From positions 47,316-111,315 of the forward strand of contig JBHLOI010000006.1 of assembly GCA_048940645.1 (NCBI GenBank): a DNA stretch of 64,000 nt. The letters run 5' to 3'. A model generated the notes under the pieces. That model made no database searches. It had not been told where the DNA came from and saw nothing but the letters and a program-made list of their open reading frames with translations. This DNA comes from Promethearchaeota archaeon (GTDB lineage: Archaea; Asgardarchaeota; Lokiarchaeia; Sigyniarchaeales; SOKP01). Both the position numbers and the translations under genes were made by a program. Within the stretch, counting starts at the first letter, position 1. Each line of letters opens with the position of its first letter. Shown here piece by piece: positions 1 to 9,396 of this stretch.

Positions 1-156
1 TCTAAAGATCCTAGTATCAATAAAGTAAAAATTAAAAGAATTTCTAAATTTATGGATAGAATATTACCTATTAAAGAAGGAAAATCTAAGGTTAAAAATG
101 TAGAAGATTTTGAAAACCTGTTCTTTGAGATGGAATGGGTTGTGAATAATATTTAA
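1..156 (+). CDS. 3' end of an unknown protein, probably first gene(s) of the MoxR operon (partial)
   Basis: Open frame from base 1 (SKDPSINKVKIKRISKFMDRILPIKEGK...FFEMEWVVNNI) to TAA at 154-156. Confidence 0.6.
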   Translation, partial: SKDPSINKVKIKRISKFMDRILPIKEGKSKVKNVEDFENLFFEMEWVVNNI

Positions 157-223
157 ATTATAAAATTAAGCATGATAACCAAATTAAATTAGTTAAAAAA
201 AATAAAAAAAAAGTGAAAAAAAA

Positions 224-1204
224 ATGGAAGCCCCAGATAAAGCAAAATATTATGAAAGAGAGGAACTTGATGTCGCTCCTATTCGAGAGATGGCCCAAGA
301 AGTTTTGAGTGAGGTTTCACGAGTAATTGTCGGTTATGGAGAAATCTTGCAAGAACTCTTCATAGCTCTTCTAGTAAATGGACATGTACTTCTTGAAGGA
401 GTACCCGGTCTAGGAAAAACCGTTATGGCCAAAACTTTTGCTAAGACACTTGGAATTGGTTTTAGACGTGTTCAATTTACTCCCGATCTTCTTCCAGCAG
501 ATATAACTGGCACGAAAATCTTTTCTCAAGAAGAAGGGACATTTGTACTTCAAAAAGGACCAATTTTCGCAAATGTGGTTTTAGCAGATGAAATAAATAG
601 AAGCGCACCAAAGACTCAAGCGGCATTATTAGAAGCTATGGCTGAGCGTCAAGTAACAATAGAAGGTCAAACTCTGCTTTTAGAAAAGCCTTTCATAGTT
701 CTAGCTACTGAGAACCCTATTGAAATGGAGGGTACTTACCCTTTACCAGAAGCACAATTAGATAGATTTCTCATGAAATTATGGCTTGATTATCCTGAAG
801 AGGATGGAGAGGTAGAAATTATGAGAAGACAAATTTCTGGTGAATCCCCCTCTGTAGAACAAATTACAAGCGCTCAAGAAATACTTGCTGCTCAGAAACT
901 AATGAATCTTGTTTACATTGATGACAGAATACTGAAATACATTAGAGATATAATTCTAAAGACACGGAGCCACCCACAATTAAGTATGGGTGCGGGCCCA
1001 AGAGCTAGCTTGGTATTAATGAAATGTGCTAAAGCACGAGCATCGATTCTAGGTCGTCAATACGTAACACCCGATGATGTACGAGCGTTAGTAATCCCTG
1101 CCCTCAATCATCGTATTTTATTGAAACCAGAAGCAGAGTTGGAAGGTTTAGATGTTATGTCAGTAATTAAAAACATCATAGAAGAAATACCTATTCCAAT
1201 CTAA
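224..1204 (+). CDS. moxR: MoxR-family AAA+ ATPase
   Basis: HVLLEGVPGLGKT Walker A, RVQFTPDLLPADITG, LADEINR Walker B, ENPIEMEGTYPLPEAQLDRF. Confidence 0.95.
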   Translation: MEAPDKAKYYEREELDVAPIREMAQEVLSEVSRVIVGYGEILQELFIALLVNGHVLLEGVPGLGKTVMAKTFAKTLGIGFRRVQFTPDLLPADITGTKIFSQEEGTFVLQKGPIFANVVLADEINRSAPKTQAALLEAMAERQVTIEGQTLLLEKPFIVLATENPIEMEGTYPLPEAQLDRFLMKLWLDYPEEDGEVEIMRRQISGESPSVEQITSAQEILAAQKLMNLVYIDDRILKYIRDIILKTRSHPQLSMGAGPRASLVLMKCAKARASILGRQYVTPDDVRALVIPALNHRILLKPEAELEGLDVMSVIKNIIEEIPIPI

Positions 1205-1283
1205 TTCAAGACACTCTATCATAATAAATTAAAAAATTGGAAAATTTTTTATAGGAAAATAATTAAAAGAATGGTGAAATGAA

Positions 1284-2612
1284 ATTTTTGGAGGAAAAGG
1301 AAGAACCTTAATCCTATTTTCAGTGTTTTTTCTGACAGCTGGATTTGCATTTGTAAATTATTATTTGATCTATTTCGCCATTCTATTATTATTTAGTACA
1401 ATAATTAGTCTACCAGTTTTTTATTGGAAAATGAATGTAGAAGAATTACGTGTACATCGTGAGTTAGAGAAAGAAAAGGTCTTTAAAGATGATTTTGTTC
1501 ATGTAAAAGTAGTGGTTGAAAATACTGGAAAAAGCAGTTTTGATTTTCTTGAGATTCGAGATTATTATAATCCCGAACTTTTTAGATTAGTACTAGGAGA
1601 AAATTTTATTTCTACCCGTATTGGTCCCAAAGGTTTAATTAAATTCTCATATGTTCTTGAGCCAAAAGTTAGAGGAGAATATCCATTGGGTCCACTCTCA
1701 ATTACTGTAAAAGACAGACTTGGTTTTAATTCAGAAGAACGAATAGTTCCAGAGAGTGTTTCAGATATTTTAGTTTATCCCCCTTATGAAGATATTAAAA
1801 AAATTGAAATTTTGGGATCTAAAAGATCTCTGCAATTAAACTATGGTTTACAAAGATCTAAGCAAAAAGGGCTCGGTTCAGAATTTTATGGGATGAGGAA
1901 GTATGTTTTTGGAGATCAATTCAGGCTAATAGACTGGAAAGCAAGTGCCCGTTCTCAACAATTAATTGTAAAAGAATATGAGAGTGAACGAGACATCACT
2001 GTCATGATCATTGTTGACTCGTCAAACTCTATGGCAGGAGGTGCTATTGAAAACACAAAATTTGAATATGCTATAAGAGCATGTATGCTTTTAACAAAAG
2101 TTGCGCTAACACGTAGAGATAGCGTTGGAGTATTTGCATTTTCAGATAAAAAAAATGTGCACTTTTTAAAACCAGGAAAGGGAGAAGATCATTTCTATCA
2201 AGTATTAGATTTTGTGGCAAAAATTAAACCTGAAGGAAAAAATAGAATGGTCGAAGCAATGGATTATTTTATAAGACGTTTTCAAAAACGCAGTTTAATC
2301 TTCTTTATATCAGATTTAGAATCACCTATTAAAGAAATAAGTCAAGGTATAAGAAAATTGGTGCCATTCAACCACTCGATTATAATTGTTAATCCTTTTA
2401 GTCCTTGGTTTGAGATTCATGAAATTGATTTATCTACAACCGATAAAGCTTTAGCAGAAGCCATAAGTGAAGAGATGATGGAACATATACTGAAGATTAA
2501 GCAAGATATTCGAAATCTCGGAATTAACATTGTAACAGTAGGTCCTGATGATATGATGAACCAAGTATTAGGTAATTATATGGAGGCAAAGAAAAAAGGA
2601 AAGGCGTTTTAG
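1284..2612 (+). CDS. DUF58 / vWA-domain protein with N-terminal TM segments (ORF track start 1323; frame is open back to ATT at 1284)
   Basis: GSEFYGMRKYVFGD..RLIDWKASAR..LIVKEYESER DUF58 signature; DSSNSM MIDAS-like motif; follows moxR. Confidence 0.9.
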   Translation: MFGGKGRTLILFSVFFLTAGFAFVNYYLIYFAILLLFSTIISLPVFYWKMNVEELRVHRELEKEKVFKDDFVHVKVVVENTGKSSFDFLEIRDYYNPELFRLVLGENFISTRIGPKGLIKFSYVLEPKVRGEYPLGPLSITVKDRLGFNSEERIVPESVSDILVYPPYEDIKKIEILGSKRSLQLNYGLQRSKQKGLGSEFYGMRKYVFGDQFRLIDWKASARSQQLIVKEYESERDITVMIIVDSSNSMAGGAIENTKFEYAIRACMLLTKVALTRRDSVGVFAFSDKKNVHFLKPGKGEDHFYQVLDFVAKIKPEGKNRMVEAMDYFIRRFQKRSLIFFISDLESPIKEISQGIRKLVPFNHSIIIVNPFSPWFEIHEIDLSTTDKALAEAISEEMMEHILKIKQDIRNLGINIVTVGPDDMMNQVLGNYMEAKKKGKAF

Positions 2613-2614
2613 AT

Positions 2615-4063
2615 ATGGTGAGATATTATTTACAAATTTTAAAGATAATCAATGCTCTGATGTTTGTTTGGTTAATATTAGTTTTTCTCTCTATATTCAA
2701 CTTTAATGAAGTTCTTTTTACATCTGGTGGTGAATTTGCTTTATTTTCGTTTATCGACAGTATTAAAAACATTTTTACGCTCATTATTTTTGCAGGAGCA
2801 TATATAATAGCAATAGGTTGTGCTTTCATCGCAACTTCCGTTTTTCTTCCATTTATTAATCGAGACTTCATGTTTAGCTTCATAGATGGCTTTTTTAAAA
2901 ATTTCTTAAATCTTTGGTTCACTTTCCCTAATGAAACTACACCAGATTTAAATCAAATTCCAGATTTGATTCTAAATGAAGTTTCAATCTTCTTTGGAGA
3001 TTTTTATTTAATCCTTTTCCAATTACTATTTGTTATTTCAATTATTTATGCAATTAGAACACTTTTAAAAACAAATCCAAAACATGACTTAATTGCTGTA
3101 GGAGCTTTAGTTCTAATGATTATAGTACCCTTAATTTTTTCTGGTTTTAATGAACTTTTAGATTTATTTCATGTTTCAATTGAATATCTGGAAGATTTAC
3201 CAAATCCTTTAGACCCATCTTTAAATTCAATTCCAATAAATAATTTCTTTCTTTTTCTGGCAAGTCCAGTCATACTACTCGCAATTATATCCTATATGTA
3301 TATAGAATTAGCATTTCAAATTAATTATACAGAAACGGTTACAAGACCTTCATTAGAAAGAAGTAATAGACTAGAAATTCAGTTAGAAATTTTGAAGAGT
3401 GAATCCCATTATATTACTGCAAACGTAGAAAAAATTAAAGAGGAAGCCAAAGGTAGAATGGAAGAGCTGGAAATTGGAGAGAAAACAACAATAAGTAAAT
3501 TTTTTGCCAAAACAAGTGAAAAATTTTCATATATCAAAGAAATGATTGAAAAAAGGAAATTAGAGGAAGAAGAAAAAAAATTAGTGACTGCAGCATCTAA
3601 AACAAGACGACTGGGAAGATATGTCGAGAGACTTTATCGTGAAGATATTGAAGCTCAAGATACATTAACAGCGAGTTCATCTGCACCTAGAGCACAAAGT
3701 TTGGCATTATCCACTTTTACAAATATTCTAATTCGTCTTGTTGTACTTATCATCATAAGTTTCATAATTATTCATCCAAAATGGTTCTTAGAAGATGTAT
3801 TTAACTTACCCCCAGCAATCACAGAGAGTGTAGTAATGTATTCACCAGAAATTATATTACTCATATTATTACCAATAATGTTAATTTTTCCAATTGTATC
3901 TAAAATTATTTCTTTTGTTAAACATAGGAATTTAATTATCAGATTACAGCAAGAGGGAAGAATCAAAGAAATTTTAGCCTCTGTTGGAGATTATGTAAAG
4001 AAAGAAGAAATAAAAGAAAAAGAAGCCAAAGAAGAAGTTAAAGCAGAGGAGGCAGTTACATAA
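2615..4063 (+). CDS. Multi-pass membrane protein with long charged coiled-coil loop, unknown function
   Basis: Several hydrophobic segments flank a ~130 aa E/K/R-rich helical region; 2 bp after the DUF58 gene. Confidence 0.8.
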   Translation: MVRYYLQILKIINALMFVWLILVFLSIFNFNEVLFTSGGEFALFSFIDSIKNIFTLIIFAGAYIIAIGCAFIATSVFLPFINRDFMFSFIDGFFKNFLNLWFTFPNETTPDLNQIPDLILNEVSIFFGDFYLILFQLLFVISIIYAIRTLLKTNPKHDLIAVGALVLMIIVPLIFSGFNELLDLFHVSIEYLEDLPNPLDPSLNSIPINNFFLFLASPVILLAIISYMYIELAFQINYTETVTRPSLERSNRLEIQLEILKSESHYITANVEKIKEEAKGRMEELEIGEKTTISKFFAKTSEKFSYIKEMIEKRKLEEEEKKLVTAASKTRRLGRYVERLYREDIEAQDTLTASSSAPRAQSLALSTFTNILIRLVVLIIISFIIIHPKWFLEDVFNLPPAITESVVMYSPEIILLILLPIMLIFPIVSKIISFVKHRNLIIRLQQEGRIKEILASVGDYVKKEEIKEKEAKEEVKAEEAVT

Positions 4064-4069
4064 TCATAT

Positions 4070-5005
4070 TTAATCGTTAATATCAATCATAAATTGAGCC
4101 AATTTCTTCTTTTTATCCAAATTTTCCATTATTGTATCAAAACAATAAGTTTTTATATCTAGTTCTTCTATTTTTGATTTTAAATAACAATCCTTATCAT
4201 CAATTATAAAATGACCTAAAATATCTTGATAATATTTTGCAACACCTATACATGAGACTTCTAAACCGAGGTATTTCATCAATTTATCAGCTGGACCTTT
4301 AATTGTTTTGCCTTCTATTATTGGTGATATGGCAAATACTTTATCTTTCACTTTACTCAAGGTTTCTTTGATTCCTTTAACTTGAAGAATTGTCCCTATT
4401 GATACTATTGGATTTGATGGGCTTACTATTATTCTCCTTGCTTCTTTAATATATTTCAAAACAGATTTTACTGGTTTTGCCTCATCAATTCCCTTAAATT
4501 GTATACCCTTAATTTCAGGTTCAGAATTATGCTTTATATAGTATTCTTCAAAATTTATTGATTCCGAACCTATGTTGATAATTGTCTGAACATCTTCATT
4601 ACACATAGGGATAAGATGAGCTTTTATTCCTAATTTCTTACTAATCAATAAAGTAACTTCTGCCTTAGTAAATCCTTTTTTAAGTAAGTCTGTTCGAAAA
4701 AGATGGGTTGCTAAATCTTTATCACCAAGATTAAACCACTTAAATTGATAATATTTTTTTAAAATACTCAAACAATTAAATGTTTCATTAAAGTAACCCC
4801 ATCCCTTTCCTCTATCTACTATATTTGCTAATGTGTAAGTAATAATATCAATATCTGGGCAAATTTTTAAACCGAATAAATCAAGATCATCACCTGTATT
4901 TATTACTACTTTAAGCTCTTCTTGAGGAATTACATTTGACAGACCATCAATAAATTTTGCTGCACCAACCCCACCAGCTAGCACTAAATAGAAACGATCT
5001 TTCAT
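4070..5005 (-). CDS. cofD: 2-phospho-L-lactate transferase (F420 biosynthesis)
   Basis: LAGGVGAAKF, NTGDD..GLKICPDID, WFNLGDKDLATH, PSNPIVSIGTIL, KGPADKLM. Confidence 0.95.
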   Translation of the reverse strand: MKDRFYLVLAGGVGAAKFIDGLSNVIPQEELKVVINTGDDLDLFGLKICPDIDIITYTLANIVDRGKGWGYFNETFNCLSILKKYYQFKWFNLGDKDLATHLFRTDLLKKGFTKAEVTLLISKKLGIKAHLIPMCNEDVQTIINIGSESINFEEYYIKHNSEPEIKGIQFKGIDEAKPVKSVLKYIKEARRIIVSPSNPIVSIGTILQVKGIKETLSKVKDKVFAISPIIEGKTIKGPADKLMKYLGLEVSCIGVAKYYQDILGHFIIDDKDCYLKSKIEELDIKTYCFDTIMENLDKKKKLAQFMIDIND

Positions 5006-5020
5006 CTTGACTATATTTTA

Positions 5021-6427
5021 CTATTTTAAATTATATATTATATCCTCTAATCTCTTTCTTTTTGGAACAGAGGGTGTTTTTTTTGAATATCCTGTGGTGA
5101 AAAAGGCAATTGGATAATAAGATTCTGGTAAATTTAACACTTCTTTCACAGTATGCTTAGCAAATAATGGAGCACAATACCAACATGCCGCTAAACCTTT
5201 GGATTCAAGAGCTAACAATAAATATGTCGCTGATGCGCTAACACTTTGAATCTGCATAAAAAACTCATTTTGATTACGATCAGGATCAGGATATTTTTCA
5301 AAATTAGGCTTATCTAAACAGAGTAAAATTAAGTAGGGAGCGTTCAAGAACTGATTTTTTGTTCTTTCAATTTTACTTTTTATGAAAGTATTTGATTTGC
5401 CATCATTCAATAAATCTCTACGTAATTTTTCATTCATTTTAGTAATTAGAGCTATGCGAAGCTTGGATTTTTCCAAAATAATATACCGCCAAAACTGTCC
5501 ATTATGAGCACTTGGAGCCCAACGAGCTATATCAATGCATTCTTCGATCAAATTTTTATCAACATCTTCCGAACTAAATTCTAACTTATAACTTCTTCTT
5601 GATTTTAAAAGTTCAACCAAATATCCTTCTGAAGCTTTTTCTCTAAATAAGTCCAGATTTTTATCTCTTAAAATTGCTGAAATAGATGTTTTTTCCACAA
5701 AATCAAATTCATAATTCCTAATTATTACAACAGGTAAACCTTCATCAGCTTCTCCCATAACTAATTGAGCTGCTGATGCCAAATTATCAACCTGCCCTAT
5801 AATTGTGCTTTGTAACTCATATCCAAATAAATCTTTTTCACCCTTTTTATCTAAAATTGGTTTAATTCCAGAAATTCCTAATGCTACTCCTATTGCTCCA
5901 ACCCTGAAAGGACGTCCAAAAGAATCAGAAATAATTATAGCTAAATCTTTACCAGTTAATTTCTTTAGAGAAGAGCGTATCTTATTTGCTTCTTCATCAG
6001 GATTTTCTGGTAATAAGCTTATATTATTCTCTCCCTCAATATTGGATTTATCAATACCTGCATTTGCACAAACAAATCCGTGTTTAGTTTCAACTATTAA
6101 AACATGCTCAGTTTTTAATATGGCTTCTGATTCATCTAAAATTGCTTGAATAAGTTCAGGGCTTTTTATCGGTATATGGACTTTTTTTCCTTTTGGAGTT
6201 ATTCTATTGTAAATGTCAATTGCTTTTTTACTTGGAATAATTTTTTTTAAATCTCTAATTCTTCCATTGCTCTTTGAGATAATAGTTTGAGCTATGACAA
6301 GAATATCTCCATTTTGTAATGAAATATTATTTTCATTTAATTTTTTAAAAATTATTTGGGCAATATTATCTCCCACTTTTATAAGAGGAAAATTCTTTAA
6401 TCCTATTAACTCGATTTTTTTATTCAT
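5021..6427 (-). CDS. cofE: F420-0:gamma-glutamyl ligase (CofE) fused to a C-terminal nitroreductase domain (FbiB-like)
   Basis: N-term: GFVCANAGIDKSN, DSFGRPFRVG, LVMGEADEGLP; C-term: RRSYK..ARWAPSAHNGQFW..GLAACWYCAPLF. Confidence 0.92.
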   Translation of the reverse strand: MNKKIELIGLKNFPLIKVGDNIAQIIFKKLNENNISLQNGDILVIAQTIISKSNGRIRDLKKIIPSKKAIDIYNRITPKGKKVHIPIKSPELIQAILDESEAILKTEHVLIVETKHGFVCANAGIDKSNIEGENNISLLPENPDEEANKIRSSLKKLTGKDLAIIISDSFGRPFRVGAIGVALGISGIKPILDKKGEKDLFGYELQSTIIGQVDNLASAAQLVMGEADEGLPVVIIRNYEFDFVEKTSISAILRDKNLDLFREKASEGYLVELLKSRRSYKLEFSSEDVDKNLIEECIDIARWAPSAHNGQFWRYIILEKSKLRIALITKMNEKLRRDLLNDGKSNTFIKSKIERTKNQFLNAPYLILLCLDKPNFEKYPDPDRNQNEFFMQIQSVSASATYLLLALESKGLAACWYCAPLFAKHTVKEVLNLPESYYPIAFFTTGYSKKTPSVPKRKRLEDIIYNLK

Positions 6428-7490
6428 GATAATAGTTAAATTCTTTATATTTTTTCAAATCAAATTCTTTACTTTTAGCATACTTTTCAAACTTTTCAGG
6501 TATTGCACAACAAGCAGAAAAAAATTTAAACTTCATATCGGGATATTTTTGCTTTAACCACTTTAAAGTTTCAATAGAAGGAATTTCTATTCTCGTTATT
6601 CCAGCCAAAATTGCAGATTTTTCGATTTGGGTTTTTATTATTCCTCTTGGTCTCATACACCCAAGAGAAATTTCTGTTTTAGGGAAAACAAACCTAATTA
6701 TTGCAATTACTTTTGCTATATCAATTGGATTGAGTCTAATAAACTTAGTCTTAGATTCTTTAGGTGGGATTAATGCAATTAAAACAATCAAAGAAGGATT
6801 CATTCCAGATTCTTTAAGAAATTTTATTGCCTCCAATTCTTTATGTATTTTCCCATAAAATAACCCAATACAAATATGAGGTACGATATTTAAATTATAC
6901 TTCTTTAGATACGCAATAGAATTTTTATAATCTTCAGGATCTTTACTTAAATGGTAAATCCTTTTGATTACTTCCTCATCCATAGTTACATCGAATGAGA
7001 CAATATCTACTCTTGCTTCAGCTAACTTTTTAGCAGTTTCTTCATTTAATAACCCTGTATGTGTATTTATTATCAAATTTGTTTTATCCTTTATTAACCT
7101 GATTGAATCCAGGAATTCTAATAAAGGAACAGAACCGTCTGGCTCACAGCCTCCTGATATTAGTGCACCAACTCCTCCGTTTTCGTAGTGATTGAATAAA
7201 AATCTCTCTAAATCATCTTTATTAAGGGCTTTTTCCATTCCTTTTAGATACTTCTTGTTACAATGCTCACATGCTAAAGCACAATCGTCTCCAGTTACAC
7301 TAATAGCTGGAAATCTCTTGTTTGGAATATATATCTTTATTTGGTTGCCAAAATTCTCATTTTTCAATTTTAAGGCAAGTTGTAAAAAATGATTTATATT
7401 ATTCGTTTTTAAATCTATAAACTTTGAGTAATCAGACCAAGTGGGGTTTCCATTTTTAAATTTATCTAATAGATTTTTCGTTTTACTCAT
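6420..7490 (-). CDS. lipS1: Radical SAM protein, archaeal lipoyl synthase subunit LipS1-like
   Basis: CALACEHC (CxxxCxxC), GCMR and C-terminal CC (FSACCA) motifs; adjacent to lipoate ligase. Confidence 0.8.
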   Translation of the reverse strand: MSKTKNLLDKFKNGNPTWSDYSKFIDLKTNNINHFLQLALKLKNENFGNQIKIYIPNKRFPAISVTGDDCALACEHCNKKYLKGMEKALNKDDLERFLFNHYENGGVGALISGGCEPDGSVPLLEFLDSIRLIKDKTNLIINTHTGLLNEETAKKLAEARVDIVSFDVTMDEEVIKRIYHLSKDPEDYKNSIAYLKKYNLNIVPHICIGLFYGKIHKELEAIKFLKESGMNPSLIVLIALIPPKESKTKFIRLNPIDIAKVIAIIRFVFPKTEISLGCMRPRGIIKTQIEKSAILAGITRIEIPSIETLKWLKQKYPDMKFKFFSACCAIPEKFEKYAKSKEFDLKKYKEFNYYHE

Positions 7491-8262
7491 ATTTCTTTAA
7501 CCAATTATCCTTAAAATATTTCTCCATCATTAATTTTCTTGCTAAATTTAACTCATTTTCAGTAAAGTTACCTTCTTCCAGTTTTATTCCTAATGTGGAT
7601 TCAAATCCCCTTTTCAAAGAAGATAATAAATCACTTTCGTTGTAATTTTGGAGTTGGTCCCTTATACCTACGCATTTAGAATAAACAGATCTAACCATTT
7701 TTGATTTTGATACATTATGAGGAGCTTTTAATACAGAATACATTAATTCAGGATTAATTTCTAACAGAATAGTTCCATGTTGCAGGAGATAACCCTTCTT
7801 TCTTACTTGAGCATTACCAGAAAATTTTTTACCATTTAAAAATATCGCAGGGCAATGTATAATACCCTTTTCTGGTTTTAATCCATAGTCAGTTAATCCG
7901 TTTACTATGCCTGTTTCAATTATTTCAAATTGCTCAATCACCTTTTTAGCATTAAGTTTTTCTAAGAATTTAAGTGAACAAATGATTGAATAAGTAATTT
8001 CCCCAAACTCATCATGAAAAACAGCTCCACCTCCAGTGATTCTCCTAACGATATTGAAGCCATTTTCTTTCACAACATTCAAATTTACCTCTGCCGAAAG
8101 ACTTTGATTTATACCTATTGAAACTGTTGATGGTTTCCATTTATAAAATCTAATCGTATAATATGAGTTTCTATTTATTACTGACCTCAAAATTGCTTCA
8201 TCTAAAGCCATATTCCAATAACCATTTTTAGTTTGCAATGGTATAAATCTCCATTTTTCCAT
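7483..8262 (-). CDS. Lipoate/octanoate-protein ligase catalytic domain (LplA/LipM family)
   Basis: NMALDEAIL, VRRITGGGAVFHD, GKKFSGNAQ, LQHGTIL. Confidence 0.92.
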   Translation of the reverse strand: MEKWRFIPLQTKNGYWNMALDEAILRSVINRNSYYTIRFYKWKPSTVSIGINQSLSAEVNLNVVKENGFNIVRRITGGGAVFHDEFGEITYSIICSLKFLEKLNAKKVIEQFEIIETGIVNGLTDYGLKPEKGIIHCPAIFLNGKKFSGNAQVRKKGYLLQHGTILLEINPELMYSVLKAPHNVSKSKMVRSVYSKCVGIRDQLQNYNESDLLSSLKRGFESTLGIKLEEGNFTENELNLARKLMMEKYFKDNWLKKYE

Positions 8263-8268
8263 GATTCT

Positions 8269-9270
8269 TCACAATATAAATTTTAAAAGTGAATGATAAA
8301 TCTCTTCTTGCTCTGTTATATTTAAGCCTCGAGGGTAATTATAAATTGGTCCAGAAGGTTTTGATGTATAATAAGGACGATTACAACCAGGACATCCACT
8401 TGTCATAAAGGCATTAGAATTTTCAATTATATTTTTCAATTCCTTCTTATTTAAGTTAAATTTAATTATATCTCCTTTCGAATTAAAGGTAAAATCTTTC
8501 AATTCTTTATTCTCATTGATTATCAAATATCTCCCAAGTTGGATTTTCCTAAATATTACAATTTCAGGCTTTGAATTACTCTGAAGTATTGTTCCCTTTA
8601 TAGGTGTAAAAGCAAAAAGGCTTACCTTGATTTTTAAATTATGTAATCTTTCAATCAGTTCTAAAACCTGTTGCGGAGTTTCTCCTAACCCGATTATTAG
8701 ATGAGTGGTTACAAAACCTACTGAAAATATTTCTAATGCATCATTTAGGCTTTGAAGGTGCAAATTCCAATTATAGGGTCCACTTACACCTTTTCCCTTT
8801 ACTTTTTCAAAAATCTCTTCTGTAGAACCATCTAAAGCGATTCCAACTCTCTCAACGCCAATTAATTTCAAATCTCTTAGCTTGCTTTTTGGCATAGGAG
8901 GTATTGCAATCGAGAGAGGAATGTTTGAATTTTTCTTAATTTTAGTTATAATTTCTACTAAATCCTCAAAATTTTGATCATAATTTAGTGTTTGTATACA
9001 AATCCTCTTAAACTTTTTATGAGGAGGCATATAATTTAATTTTGTTAAAAATTCCTTAAATTCAAAAATTGGCCAAGTTATTCGTGATAAAAACTCTATA
9101 GAGCCTTCCGACTCTCTAGCTTGAGGGCAAAATCCACAATTTGCTGTACAACGCCCTTTAAGGTATGTCATAACGTAGCAAGTAGTTGGTTCGATATTAA
9201 ATTTATTACTTTGAGATAATCCTAAAACTACAGCACTTCCAATTGAAACTCTAATTTTTTCAATAGTCAT
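8269..9270 (-). CDS. lipS2: Radical SAM protein, archaeal lipoyl synthase subunit LipS2-like
   Basis: CTANCGFC; TSGCPGCNRP matches the LipS2 TxGCPxC(N/D)RP motif. Confidence 0.82.
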   Translation of the reverse strand: MTIEKIRVSIGSAVVLGLSQSNKFNIEPTTCYVMTYLKGRCTANCGFCPQARESEGSIEFLSRITWPIFEFKEFLTKLNYMPPHKKFKRICIQTLNYDQNFEDLVEIITKIKKNSNIPLSIAIPPMPKSKLRDLKLIGVERVGIALDGSTEEIFEKVKGKGVSGPYNWNLHLQSLNDALEIFSVGFVTTHLIIGLGETPQQVLELIERLHNLKIKVSLFAFTPIKGTILQSNSKPEIVIFRKIQLGRYLIINENKELKDFTFNSKGDIIKFNLNKKELKNIIENSNAFMTSGCPGCNRPYYTSKPSGPIYNYPRGLNITEQEEIYHSLLKFIL

Positions 9271-9396
9271 TAAGCTTTCTCCAGTTTATAATTATGTTAA
9301 TTTACAATAAATTTAATCTCTATTTCAAAAAAAATTTAATGAATAAATTATTCAAAATAATATTTAGCAATTTTAAATTAAATATGGTTCATTTCT

